The notes under the pieces: model-generated
The model's input: the letters and a program-made list of their open reading frames with translations, nothing else
Told to the model about the DNA's origin: nothing
The model's database searches: none
Shown here: piece by piece, positions 30,415 through 39,529 of the stretch
How positions within the stretch are numbered: position 1 is the stretch's first letter
Layout of the letters: every line of letters begins with the position of its first letter
Position numbers and translations under genes: made by a program
Virus record (IMG/VR): IMGVR_UViG_3300009601_000004
Location: 28,737 to 92,736 of that record
Source of the DNA: a virus
Direction: 5' to 3' (one strand)
Length of the DNA stretch: 64,000 bases

Positions 30415-31298
30415 AACGCGCAGGCTCCAAAGGTGGGCCCACCACACAAACACAAGCCAAGTTCCGTGCCCAGTTCGGCAAGTACCTCGCGGACCAAGGG
30501 CTGTCCGACGCAACAGTCAAGCAGTACGTGGGGCGTGGCGCGGCTTGTCTGCGCTCGCGTCAGACGCCAGCGCAATGGCTGCAGTCTAAGGTGGGTAAGG
30601 GGGCACCTCGCGGGACCGTGCTGGGGTACCGTAGTGCAGCGCAGCACCTGCACGCCTTCCTGTCCATTGTGAAGCCTAGCATCGCAGGAGAGCCCCCTAA
30701 GGTCGACATGAAGCGTGTCGTCAAGAAGCGGCAGCTTCGGCTGAACAGTAGTCTTGATCCCGAACGCCTCAAGATGTACATAGATGCCGTGCTCGCCGAT
30801 AAGGTCATCTCACCCGAAGCGCGCGCCATCCTGCTGCTTTTGCCCTTCACGGGTTTGCGCGTTTCGGAGGCTTGCAACCTGCGACCGTCGCACCTGGTCA
30901 AGCAGGGCAATGTGCGCTGCATTCACGTAGCCGACGGCAAAGGGAACAAGGAGCGCTTCGTCCCCATGGGCAAGCGTGCCAAGCAGATCACTGACCACTA
31001 CCAGCGCAAACACCGCTTGCAGGGGCCTTGGCTCTTTCCGAGTCCGATGTCCCCCTCCCGACCCATCACACCCAACAACGTGCGTGTTCACCACCGCCGC
31101 ATCCGCAGAGGTTTAGGGCCGGACTGGGAGTCTGTCCTTGTCCATGACCTACGGCATACGTTCGCGTCGCTGCTCATCGAGCGTGGTGTGCCCCTGCCGG
31201 CCGTCAAAGACCTGCTAGGGCATGAGAGCGTGAAGACCACCGAGATCTACATCCACAGCAACGCGAGCGCACTCAAAAAGTACGTCGACCAGCTCTGA
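30411..31298 (+). CDS. Tyrosine recombinase (XerC/D-like)
   Basis: Catalytic set GLRVSE, GKGNK, HDLRH, LGH, TEIY. Confidence 0.93.
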   Translation: MKRAGSKGGPTTQTQAKFRAQFGKYLADQGLSDATVKQYVGRGAACLRSRQTPAQWLQSKVGKGAPRGTVLGYRSAAQHLHAFLSIVKPSIAGEPPKVDMKRVVKKRQLRLNSSLDPERLKMYIDAVLADKVISPEARAILLLLPFTGLRVSEACNLRPSHLVKQGNVRCIHVADGKGNKERFVPMGKRAKQITDHYQRKHRLQGPWLFPSPMSPSRPITPNNVRVHHRRIRRGLGPDWESVLVHDLRHTFASLLIERGVPLPAVKDLLGHESVKTTEIYIHSNASALKKYVDQL

Positions 31299-31303
31299 CA
31301 GGG

Positions 31304-32110
31304 CTAGGAAGGCTTCACGAGCAAGCCGACCATACGGCCGTTCGCGTCGTTCATCACGCTTAGGGCCATCATGTCCGACCCACGGAGAGCAGCCATCTGG
31401 GGGTGACCGTCGATGGTGACAATGCCGTGGTTAGCGGCACGGCAGCTGTCCAGCGCCTGCAACGAAGTAGCAGCCAACGGCGCGGCAGACGCGCGAGTGC
31501 CATCTGCGTGCTTGGCGAGGTAAGCCTTGATACCTCCCATTATAGTGAATGCTTGGCGCTGATCTGGCACGCTGACGCGCCACGTACCGTCCGGCAATTT
31601 TGCGTAAGGCTGGCGAGCGCGGCGGGCCAAGAACTCTGCTTTAGGTCCGACAATGTCAACAGCGTAGCCGCTACGTGCTTCCTGCGGCTTGCGCCAGCGG
31701 GTGTCGACCATGTCAGCACCTGCGAGGACCAGGAGGCCGTTCGCGCGTACTGAACCATAGGGCACTTCGGTGAGGTCCGACTTGGCCGCGGCAGCTGCAA
31801 TGGACTGCTCATGCACGATCTCTAGTCGGCGGTGGCTTTCAATGAGTTCCTGCTTAGCGGCACCCAGGCGACCGATGAGCGCTTGGTCTTCCTGCGCCTG
31901 CGCGATTGCGGCGTCAAGCTGCGTTTGCACAACCTCGGTCGCCTTAACGGCAGCGTAGGCGGCGGATTCTGCCGTTTCCTGCGCCTTGATCGCATCGTCT
32001 GCCTCGGTCTGCAGGCTCACAATGCGGTTCGATAGTTTGGTGTTTTCCGTCTTCAGTGACGTGAGTGTCGGCTTCTTTGGCGCGGCTTTACTGGGGGTTT
32101 CGTCTGGCAT
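31304..32110 (-). CDS. Coiled-coil hypothetical protein
   Basis: N-terminal heptad region; GGAG RBS. Confidence 0.6.
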   Translation of the reverse strand: MPDETPSKAAPKKPTLTSLKTENTKLSNRIVSLQTEADDAIKAQETAESAAYAAVKATEVVQTQLDAAIAQAQEDQALIGRLGAAKQELIESHRRLEIVHEQSIAAAAAKSDLTEVPYGSVRANGLLVLAGADMVDTRWRKPQEARSGYAVDIVGPKAEFLARRARQPYAKLPDGTWRVSVPDQRQAFTIMGGIKAYLAKHADGTRASAAPLAATSLQALDSCRAANHGIVTIDGHPQMAALRGSDMMALSVMNDANGRMVGLLVKPS

Positions 32111-32179
32111 GATGGCTCCTGTGCTTAGTGCGCCGGTAGCTTAACACCGCTCGCGGGACAGAGAGCGAGTATGAGAAGG

Positions 32180-32208
32180 TTGCAACCTTGCGCGTGCGCG
32201 GGTAGTAT
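32180..32208 (+). promoter_or_regulatory. Sigma70-type promoter TTGCAA-N17-TAGTAT with the -35 inside palindrome AAGGTTGCAACCTT
   Basis: Consensus-like hexamers at 17-bp spacing. Confidence 0.5.
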
Positions 32209-32260
32209 GCGCGTGGACATGCCAGTCCTCTCGTGTAGTGCGTTTCGCCGCGCCAAGACG

Positions 32261-32294
32261 CCCCCAGTCGATTGACTGGGGGTGTTCGTGTTTT
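32261..32294. terminator. Intrinsic terminator-like hairpin CCCCCAGTC-GATT-GACTGGGGG
   Basis: 9-bp perfect stem; T-rich tail on the + strand; just downstream of the - strand SAS gene. Confidence 0.65.
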
Positions 32295-32299
32295 GGGGC

Positions 32300-33433
32300 T
32301 TAGTGCAGGCCTCGGACCCCACCGCCAAGCGAAACAGAGCGAAGCCCCGACATGCGGTTCGAGCTGCTTTGCTTGATGTGGATGGTACCGCCCTTGATGG
32401 ACATGTCGGCGTTGCTGTGCTTGTACCCGCGCGACTGTGCCCATGCACGCGCGCTAGTGGGTGTGAACTGCGGTCGAGGGAAGACAAGCACTTTCATGGC
32501 CTGTGGGTTTTTGCGGGGCTTCGTCATCAGCTTAGCCATGTGTGCCGGTCCTTTGGCCAGGATGGGGTCGATGGTGCGTATAGCTGCGGCGTCGCCTTGG
32601 TCGGCGAGGTCGGCGAGGCGAAATAGACGCTCCATCTCTGGGACATTGGCGTTGCCCTGCTTGTACGCGGTGTGCGAACCTTTACCTAGCGTGGACAAGC
32701 GAGTGGACTTGAGCTGCAGCTCGACGGGCACTTCAACCATGCGCCCGTCTTCGGTTTCCAGCTCGCGCATCAGCGTGAAGTGGTAAGCGCGGTAGCCGTT
32801 GTTGGGGCTGGTGTAAAAGTCGTCGTCTAGCTTGGCGCGGCCCAGTGCCCCGCCTTCGATGATTTTGCGCATACTCTCCACACCATAGCGGTCGGGCATT
32901 ACGATGGTGGTGGCTACCACGTCTGTAAGTCCCTTCTTACCCACAAGACGCTTACGGCGCAGCTTGTTGATCATCGAGTAGGGCGTCTTGACGCGTCCAA
33001 TGAATTTGCCACCTCGCTTGGTTGCGATCTGTTCCACGTCACGCCTGACGTCTTGAAAGAGCCCCTGCATCGAGTCGCGGTAATCCAGCAGCTTACCCAT
33101 CTCTTCAGACAGCTTGGTCTCTTCGATACGGCGGGTGTTCTGTTTGCCGTAGGGTTCAGGGTCGTCAACCGCTGGGATGCCGTCCCCATCGAAATCGTTG
33201 AAGAACGCCGGGTAGTCCTTGCGGCTTAGGCGTGTGTCACCTGTCGCATGGACTGCGTACTCTTCCGCTCCGCTGTTTGGTCTGACCGAGGGACGCACCA
33301 CCATGACAGCGTGGCCTTCGCCGTCGTAGACGTGACACGGCTTGTTGGTCGCTGCTGCCTGTTGGTGAGCGCGCCGTAGTGCGTTCTTTTTGCGTGTGTA
33401 AACTGTCGAACGGCCGTCAATGGTGAAGGGCAT
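32300..33433 (-). CDS. RelA/SpoT-type small alarmone synthetase (SAS) domain protein with extra N- and C-terminal modules
   Basis: GRVKTPYSMINK, LTD, GYRAYH, VELQLKS synthetase motifs; no HD hydrolase domain. Confidence 0.8.
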   Translation of the reverse strand: MPFTIDGRSTVYTRKKNALRRAHQQAAATNKPCHVYDGEGHAVMVVRPSVRPNSGAEEYAVHATGDTRLSRKDYPAFFNDFDGDGIPAVDDPEPYGKQNTRRIEETKLSEEMGKLLDYRDSMQGLFQDVRRDVEQIATKRGGKFIGRVKTPYSMINKLRRKRLVGKKGLTDVVATTIVMPDRYGVESMRKIIEGGALGRAKLDDDFYTSPNNGYRAYHFTLMRELETEDGRMVEVPVELQLKSTRLSTLGKGSHTAYKQGNANVPEMERLFRLADLADQGDAAAIRTIDPILAKGPAHMAKLMTKPRKNPQAMKVLVFPRPQFTPTSARAWAQSRGYKHSNADMSIKGGTIHIKQSSSNRMSGLRSVSLGGGVRGLH

Positions 33434-33436
33434 GTG

Positions 33437-34402
33437 TCATCTCCGGGTCATGTATAGAGCGATGGCGTAGGCGTCCCAAGTGTGTCGATGCTTGCGCAGA
33501 CGTCGGGGTAGCCGTGGGTTGTTTTTGTCGTTGACCAGGTCCTGCAGTTCACGCCAGACACGCGAATCGCGGCCTACTTCGGTAGGTGTCAGCCCCAGCA
33601 AAGAAGAGGCCCAAGTGCGTTTGTCTATGACGGTTCGGCCTTGGCTTGCCCCATCGGAAGCAATGGCGTTGACGACGTCGGCACTCCGCTTGTCCTTGCC
33701 GCCGCCCCACGTCTCTTCCACGACCAGGCGATAGGTGCCTTGCGCGAGCTGTGCGGCTCGTGCGGCGATGTGCTCGCCGATACCGGCCATCGTATCGAAC
33801 GTCAGTACCTCACCGCTCCCTGCGGCTTCTAGCAGCCCTCGACCGCCTTTACTGTCTTCGTCCCAAGACCAGCCCCAAGCACCCAAGATGCGCCTGCCAT
33901 CTGCCGTGATGAGGACGGCGGCACCGCTGGGGCCGTCGTCGACTGCGAGCACTGGGTTAGCGTGGCGCGGGTTGCGCTTGACCGTCGGTGTGCTGCGGGC
34001 CAGCAGCTCGATACGACCCGTCAAGGTGGGACCGTTGAGTGACTGATAGCCTTTCGTGATGAGCTGGTTGCTGTACGACGCAGCGACACCAGAGGCGTGC
34101 GAGACGGTGATGTGATGTGGGCCCACAGAAGGAAGTCCACGAGGCAGCTCAACGACCAGAGCCTGCGCCTGCTGGTCTTGCGCCACTCCTACCACTTTCA
34201 TGCGCACTGCACGCCCGACAAGGTCAGGCAGAGCGGACAGCGCGAGTGTGACGTGGTCCGCAGTGACATGGGGATGTGCAGGCGCCACGGCGCGTAGCAC
34301 AGCTCGCCGTGACTTAGGGGACAGCTTGACCGCGGTGTATTCGCGACGACGCTTTGTCATGCGTCGATACCGGAGGCTTGCAGCTGGAAGGCGTGGGGCC
34401 AC
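33437..34402 (-). CDS. 2H phosphoesterase fused to a RuvC-like nuclease
   Basis: Two HxT motifs (DHVTL, HHITV); then VLAVDDG, LVVEE, W..LLG, DAYAIA. Confidence 0.65.
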   Translation of the reverse strand: MAPRLPAASLRYRRMTKRRREYTAVKLSPKSRRAVLRAVAPAHPHVTADHVTLALSALPDLVGRAVRMKVVGVAQDQQAQALVVELPRGLPSVGPHHITVSHASGVAASYSNQLITKGYQSLNGPTLTGRIELLARSTPTVKRNPRHANPVLAVDDGPSGAAVLITADGRRILGAWGWSWDEDSKGGRGLLEAAGSGEVLTFDTMAGIGEHIAARAAQLAQGTYRLVVEETWGGGKDKRSADVVNAIASDGASQGRTVIDKRTWASSLLGLTPTEVGRDSRVWRELQDLVNDKNNPRLPRRLRKHRHTWDAYAIALYMTRR

Positions 34403-36723
34403 TTCGCAATGGTGTCCTCCATCCGCAGCATCTCAGCGTGCTCTTTGCCTGGTAGACGCCGACCGGCCTCTGCGTAGCCCATCATGCGGTCTTCCATCGC
34501 AACGTACTGCCGGTACATCTTCGTAGCCACTGCCATCGTGGGGAGGCCGTCGTTGTCGTCGTTGTCGTTGCTGGCCTGGATGGCCTTCACGAGCTTGCGC
34601 CAGTCCCAGTTTGGGATGCCAAAGACTTCCGCAACGTGCATCAGCGCGGCACCTGTAAGGATGCGCTGCTGCACCTGACCACGCCGGCTCCAGTTGAACC
34701 CGCGCAGCTTGCCATGGATGGGAGCACCCCGCTCGTAGGCGAGTTTGATGCGGTCGTCTGTGATCTCGATGCCGACCTCGGTACCGTCAGGCGCAACCAA
34801 GTTGCCGGACACACCCGAGGCCTCTTTGCGCACGAGGATGTCATCGAGCATGTCGACGGCGGCTTTCAAGTCGGGCCCCGTGGCTTTACCTTGACGCCTC
34901 GCGGCAATCAATAGCTTCAGCTTGCGCAGCTGGATACCGGCTTGACCCCCTGACTCTTCCATGCGTGCTTTGTTGATCTCACGCTGGGTGACTTTGGCCG
35001 CTTGCTTGATCAAGTCGAGCCAGTCCCCTTGCCGGCGGTCGGCACTGTCCGACTTTTTTTGCTCCCGGCGCTCATTGCGACCACCTCGGCCTGTGATCAT
35101 CCACGATGTGGTACCTGCCCGCGAGCCCAAAAAGGCGCGGAAAGCGGCTTTGTACTTTGTCAGGAAGCGGCCTAGCTCGGCAATGGCTGTACGGCGCTGG
35201 TTGACTGTATCCGCCATGTCTGCAGCCTCTTCTGCCATGTCATTCCACATACTGGCGTACTCACGGCGGTACTGCTCTCCGCGCCTCTCCGCTGAAAATG
35301 ACGTGCCTTGGAAGGCCATCGACGCCGTTGAGCTGCTGACGTCACGTATGGACGCTCTAGGTGCCGGCAGGTAGACCTCGTCGTCAGGTGTGATGCGCGG
35401 TGGTAGCGGCTGAGGCTTGCCTAAGACCTTCTCGTACTTGGCTATCAACGCGTCCATCTTCGCGTCAGCAGACGCTTTCCGCGCACCCTGTGTGGCTTTG
35501 AGCCGGTCACGGTGGACCTTGTCACTCGCAGCCTTACTGGCAACCGCCTGTGATAGCCGAGGTACGCGCTGACTCCAGAGAAAGCGGAGAATCTCCTCAC
35601 TGGTGTCCCCTGGGCCAAACCAGCTATTCCAGCCCCCGTAGCCATTCTTCTCGCCTAAGCGCACACCGAACACAGCGGCAACCAAGTCACCGCCAGCGTA
35701 GTTGCTCATCATCTCGCGGGTCTTGCCTCGGCCCTTCCGCCCGTCTTTGTCTACGGTTTTGGCGATGGCGTCAGCCAGCTGTACCATTGTTTTCTTTGCG
35801 GGAGATGCTGGGGCATTCGTCCACAGCAACGGAGGGGTGTTGAGACCCGACATACGCCGCACTAGGAGGTTGACCACCTGACGCGACTCGTCACCTGCAT
35901 CCTCTGTTGTGATGGCAAAGTATGCGCGAGACCTGCCGTCTTTTTTGGGCTTAGCCCACTTGCGCATCTCGATGGTGAAGGGCTGACCCTCCAAGCTGAC
36001 AGGCTCCCCTTCCCAGGCAAAAGCGCGTACTGCGGGGATCAATTCGGGATTCTTCTCGTGGTAGTGGTCATCCGCCACCATTGCGCCTGGTAGAGGTGTT
36101 CCTTCACTCCGCGTGGCTTCAACCACACTCCGCCACTGCATGGCGGGGTACTCGATGCCTTCAATGGGCTTCGGGATGGCCTTCGCGGCGGGTGCCTTCT
36201 TGGCTGCTATGGACTGTAGGTAGTACCCACTACCCACACCTTTCGGCTTTTTCAGCTCGACTTGCAGGCCGCCAGCGTTCACGAGGTCCGTGATCTCTTG
36301 GCGCATTTTAGGTGTGATGCGCTTTACCGTGGTGTGCCCGACCGAACCGCGGTGACTACGCTTCTGCGTCTCACGTACGAGGTCGCCACGCATAAACCCC
36401 CGCTGCTCTGCGTAAGACAAGCGACTGTTGAGGCTCGACAGGCCCCACCGCATATCGGGGTCACCGACACCACGGTGCAGCCGGTGGGCCGCGTCGTTGA
36501 GGATGTACTCCGCGATGGCTTCGGCGTGAGTTGTCTTCGTCTTCTTGGCTGCTACGGCTTCCGCTACTTCGTAGATGGGACCGCCCTTACTTACGAGGGT
36601 CTTGCGGTGCTTCATCATCCAGGTGGCGGTCGAACGTGTCGAGCTGTCCGAGGCCATGATGGCGTGAACACGGTCAAAGATGTGCGTTGCGAGTGACGCG
36701 TTGCTGGGATTCTTACGTCTCAT
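34357..36723 (-). CDS. Large multidomain (polyvalent-like) protein
   Basis: N-terminal RKNP plus shared leader domain; SWMITG and GFNWS..QRILT motifs. Confidence 0.6.
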   Translation of the reverse strand: MRRKNPSNASLATHIFDRVHAIMASDSSTRSTATWMMKHRKTLVSKGGPIYEVAEAVAAKKTKTTHAEAIAEYILNDAAHRLHRGVGDPDMRWGLSSLNSRLSYAEQRGFMRGDLVRETQKRSHRGSVGHTTVKRITPKMRQEITDLVNAGGLQVELKKPKGVGSGYYLQSIAAKKAPAAKAIPKPIEGIEYPAMQWRSVVEATRSEGTPLPGAMVADDHYHEKNPELIPAVRAFAWEGEPVSLEGQPFTIEMRKWAKPKKDGRSRAYFAITTEDAGDESRQVVNLLVRRMSGLNTPPLLWTNAPASPAKKTMVQLADAIAKTVDKDGRKGRGKTREMMSNYAGGDLVAAVFGVRLGEKNGYGGWNSWFGPGDTSEEILRFLWSQRVPRLSQAVASKAASDKVHRDRLKATQGARKASADAKMDALIAKYEKVLGKPQPLPPRITPDDEVYLPAPRASIRDVSSSTASMAFQGTSFSAERRGEQYRREYASMWNDMAEEAADMADTVNQRRTAIAELGRFLTKYKAAFRAFLGSRAGTTSWMITGRGGRNERREQKKSDSADRRQGDWLDLIKQAAKVTQREINKARMEESGGQAGIQLRKLKLLIAARRQGKATGPDLKAAVDMLDDILVRKEASGVSGNLVAPDGTEVGIEITDDRIKLAYERGAPIHGKLRGFNWSRRGQVQQRILTGAALMHVAEVFGIPNWDWRKLVKAIQASNDNDDNDGLPTMAVATKMYRQYVAMEDRMMGYAEAGRRLPGKEHAEMLRMEDTIAKWPHAFQLQASGIDA

Positions 36724-38837
36724 TGAGCTTTCCCTGCGAATGTAAGGTACCCGGCGCTACCGCCGACGGTGTGAGCTTCCCCGTGCTTGTACAGTCCGCG
36801 AACCTTCCACACGTATTTTTGGCGACGCTGCTCTGCGTGCTGGCCTGCGAACCACTGACCGCTCACCCCTTCCAATAGGTCCAACTGCAACCCCGGTGCT
36901 AGGTCGCGGATAGTCACACGCGTTTCACTGCCCTTGTTACCGCCGGAAAGGGCCACTAGCTCCAGTGTGGGGTCGCCCGCGTCGCCTGACACGTCTACGA
37001 CCACCCAGAGCTTGCGGCCCCCCTTGAGCTTCACCACGTTGTTTAGCCAGTTGTACAAGTCTGGGTGAGCCTTCGCGCTGTACGGCGCAGGCTTGACCTT
37101 GCCGAGCTTGCTCATGTCGACGTGCTCGACAGGTATGGTGAGACCGCCCACCTTCGCTGTGGTGGTGTGCGTGATGGCTACCCCACGAGCTTCGTGGGCA
37201 AGTGAATGCTCTAGTTCTTCGTTGTAGCTGTCACGCAGCTTTGCCGTCTTGCTCGCATTTGCCTCGCGGGTCGTGGCTGATGCGCGAGTGTAGGCGCGGT
37301 AGCGCAGCTTCTCCAACTTGGCTGTCTGCTTGTCAATGTCATGCCGTACCGCTTTGGACGGTCGCGGGGTGCCCCGCTCGTGCAGAGTGATTCCCTGCCG
37401 ATGTGCCTCGACACGTGCGGACCTGGCTTGCTCAACTGCGTCGGCAAACCCTGGGTCTTTGTACCCCTTTTGAATGACGTCCACAGCAGCTGACATAGCA
37501 GCTTGCAACTGAGCCGGTGTGCGCCCCTTTGAGATGGCTACCGGCTTGCGCTTGGGCTTCTGCGCAGTCCACGTCTTGTACGAGTCCTGCACATCCTCAA
37601 GGGTGTACGAACTGGAGTGGGTGGGCTTCTGGGGCCCCATCATGTAGCCGCCTCGACGCCGCGCGTGCTCCTTTAGGTAGTCAGCTACACTCATGCTCGC
37701 ATAATGCTTCAGTGTCGAGAGCAGGGCTCGCAGGGCTCGCTGCGCGCCAGACCCGAAAGATTGGCTGTACCAGTGCCAGCTGTACGCGCCACGCAATGTG
37801 TAGGCTGCTCGTTTGCCGCCGCCGGAGTTTGTTACCCGCCAACCTTCGGGAAGGTGGCGCTTAACGTCCCGAATGGACGCGACACGACCTTTAGCCTCGG
37901 CATCCGCAAGGGCTTGCTCAACGACCTTAGCTCCGACCTGGCTTTCCGCTAGGAACGCGGTCACTTGCTCTGCGAATAGCTTGTCAGCGAGGGCGTAGGC
38001 TGCGCTATCGCGACGTCCTTTGGCCGCTGCGGCCCGGTCGTCTTGGGCGACTTGGGCGGCGCCGGCTTTCGACGCGACGATACGGGGGTCTCGATACCCA
38101 GCACCCGCAAGCACTTGCTTCCCGATAACGGGCCAAAACTTCCACGAGTTTGCGAGCTTCTGCAGAGATGCCCTGCGGGTCTTTTCCATCGTGTGTTCGA
38201 TCTTCTGGCCCTTGTAGAACAGATCAGCGTCCCAGCGTACCCATGAGCGCTCCCCAACCTTGTTGACCTTGACGGTGACTCGGTCGCGGATGCCGGCGTC
38301 GTCAAGGATGCCATTAAAATAGGCCGTCGCGTCTTTGACGTTGGTACCTACCTCGGAACCGTCACTCTCCTTGCTCCCGGTAAGTACACTCTTCGAGGTC
38401 TGTGGCTGCAGAACGCGCAGAATGGTTTGGTTCGCAGCTTCCCAGCCTGCGGGGTACTTCAGTCCTTCGGCCGACATCAGATGCCGCACAAGCTCAAAGC
38501 CGTAGATGCTCGCCGCCATGGCACGCATGGAGCCAGTGAGCCCTTGCCCCTCTAGGTAGAACTTGTTCACCAGTGTGGCCGCACGCTCAACTTGGTCCAG
38601 CAACGGCGTGTCCTTGCTCCGCAACCCAGCAAACCAATCAGGTACCTCCGCAGCCGGCGGTAGCTCGTCGTCGAGCCCACGTTTAGCAGCGACCACAGAC
38701 GCGGCCTCTGTGAAGATGCCAGCAATCAACGCAGCGCGGTTGCGCTCCATGAAGGCGGCGGTTGCCTGGCCCTCGCGGGTCGCCTGCAGGTATGCGTGCG
38801 TTGCTGCGTAGAGACGGGTTGGTAGTGAGATGGCCAT
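36720..38837 (-). CDS. Large basic multidomain protein with shared leader domain
   Basis: 705-aa ORF coupled to the next gene; N-terminal shared motif. Confidence 0.65.
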   Translation of the reverse strand: MAISLPTRLYAATHAYLQATREGQATAAFMERNRAALIAGIFTEAASVVAAKRGLDDELPPAAEVPDWFAGLRSKDTPLLDQVERAATLVNKFYLEGQGLTGSMRAMAASIYGFELVRHLMSAEGLKYPAGWEAANQTILRVLQPQTSKSVLTGSKESDGSEVGTNVKDATAYFNGILDDAGIRDRVTVKVNKVGERSWVRWDADLFYKGQKIEHTMEKTRRASLQKLANSWKFWPVIGKQVLAGAGYRDPRIVASKAGAAQVAQDDRAAAAKGRRDSAAYALADKLFAEQVTAFLAESQVGAKVVEQALADAEAKGRVASIRDVKRHLPEGWRVTNSGGGKRAAYTLRGAYSWHWYSQSFGSGAQRALRALLSTLKHYASMSVADYLKEHARRRGGYMMGPQKPTHSSSYTLEDVQDSYKTWTAQKPKRKPVAISKGRTPAQLQAAMSAAVDVIQKGYKDPGFADAVEQARSARVEAHRQGITLHERGTPRPSKAVRHDIDKQTAKLEKLRYRAYTRASATTREANASKTAKLRDSYNEELEHSLAHEARGVAITHTTTAKVGGLTIPVEHVDMSKLGKVKPAPYSAKAHPDLYNWLNNVVKLKGGRKLWVVVDVSGDAGDPTLELVALSGGNKGSETRVTIRDLAPGLQLDLLEGVSGQWFAGQHAEQRRQKYVWKVRGLYKHGEAHTVGGSAGYLTFAGKAQ

Positions 38838-38882
38838 CAGTGCGGGCGCTCCCTGGTGTGTCGGGGCCTTTGCGTACCCAGA

Positions 38883-38892
38883 CAGTCTAGCG
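38883..38892 (-). promoter_or_regulatory. CGCTAGACTG motif copy 2
   Basis: Exact 10-mer upstream of - strand start 38837. Confidence 0.55.
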
Positions 38893-38909
38893 GCAGGGCA
38901 TCGGAAGTG

Positions 38910-39002
38910 GCATTAACCCGCTGGCGGGTTTGCACCCGCTGGCGGGTTCGGCTATAGTCTTTGTGCCGGTGGGAGTTCCCCCACCATTCTGGAGTTCCCA
39001 TG
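38910..39002 (+). repeat. Promoter/operator/RBS cassette copy 1
   Basis: Two ACCCGC-TG-GCGGGT palindromes flanking TTGCAC; TTGCAC-N17-TATAGT; GGTGGG/CCCACC hairpin; GGAG RBS then ATG. Confidence 0.85.
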
Positions 39003-39221
39003 ACAACCGAAGCAATCGCCCAAGCAATCACCGCACAAATGAGCCCAACAGACATCGCAAACTTTACCCCTCAAAATTGGAGGGACGGCATCAGCGCCAT
39101 GCTCGTGGATGGCTGGGAGGGCGCTGACCTTGACGGCGTCTTGGATGCCATCGAGGACGACATCAACGATAGTGGTGACAACGACGCGGACGACTTCGCA
39201 GACAACTGCTGGGAAGGGTAG
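39000..39221 (+). CDS. Small acidic protein
   Basis: ATG at the end of cassette 1; very Asp-rich C-terminus. Confidence 0.7.
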   Translation: MTTEAIAQAITAQMSPTDIANFTPQNWRDGISAMLVDGWEGADLDGVLDAIEDDINDSGDNDADDFADNCWEG

Positions 39222-39312
39222 CATTAACCCGCTGGCGGGTTTGCACCCGCTGGCGGGTGCGTTAGGTAGATTATGCCGGTGGGAGTTCCCCCACCATTCT
39301 GGAGTTCCCATG
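39221..39312 (+). repeat. Promoter/operator/RBS cassette copy 2
   Basis: Identical to copy 1 except for the 15-16 nt -10 region. Confidence 0.85.
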
Positions 39313-39525
39313 GAAATGCAACAAGTCACAGTTACCATCACGCTCGAAATTCAAGCAGAAGCCCCCGCAGGCATGAGCGAGTCAGACCTCTTGGAGGCCT
39401 GCGAAAACGCGGCAACGTGGGGCACCCTCGCCGACGGGGAAGGCGTGGCATTGTGCTCCACTTCCCACGGACCCTACTTCAGAGGGACAGACGACCCTAC
39501 AATCACCATCGAACTGGGAGATTGA
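39310..39525 (+). CDS. Small acidic protein
   Basis: ATG at the end of cassette 2. Confidence 0.65.
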   Translation: MEMQQVTVTITLEIQAEAPAGMSESDLLEACENAATWGTLADGEGVALCSTSHGPYFRGTDDPTITIELGD

Positions 39526-39529
39526 ACCC

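Noticed and set aside
32209-32255. Short stem ending in CCA as a tRNA-like element
   Set aside because: Only ~47 nt with a 5-bp stem, no D or T arms; I recognised no tRNA or rRNA gene anywhere in the window
30411-32300. attP site or prophage boundary beside the tyrosine recombinase
   Set aside because: No tRNA fragment, direct-repeat core or host genes recognisable; virus-like genes continue on both sides
38910-39312. Direct repeats with palindromes as a possible CRISPR mini-array
   Set aside because: Only two ~92-bp units, separated by a full gene and each ending in RBS+ATG; no cas operon
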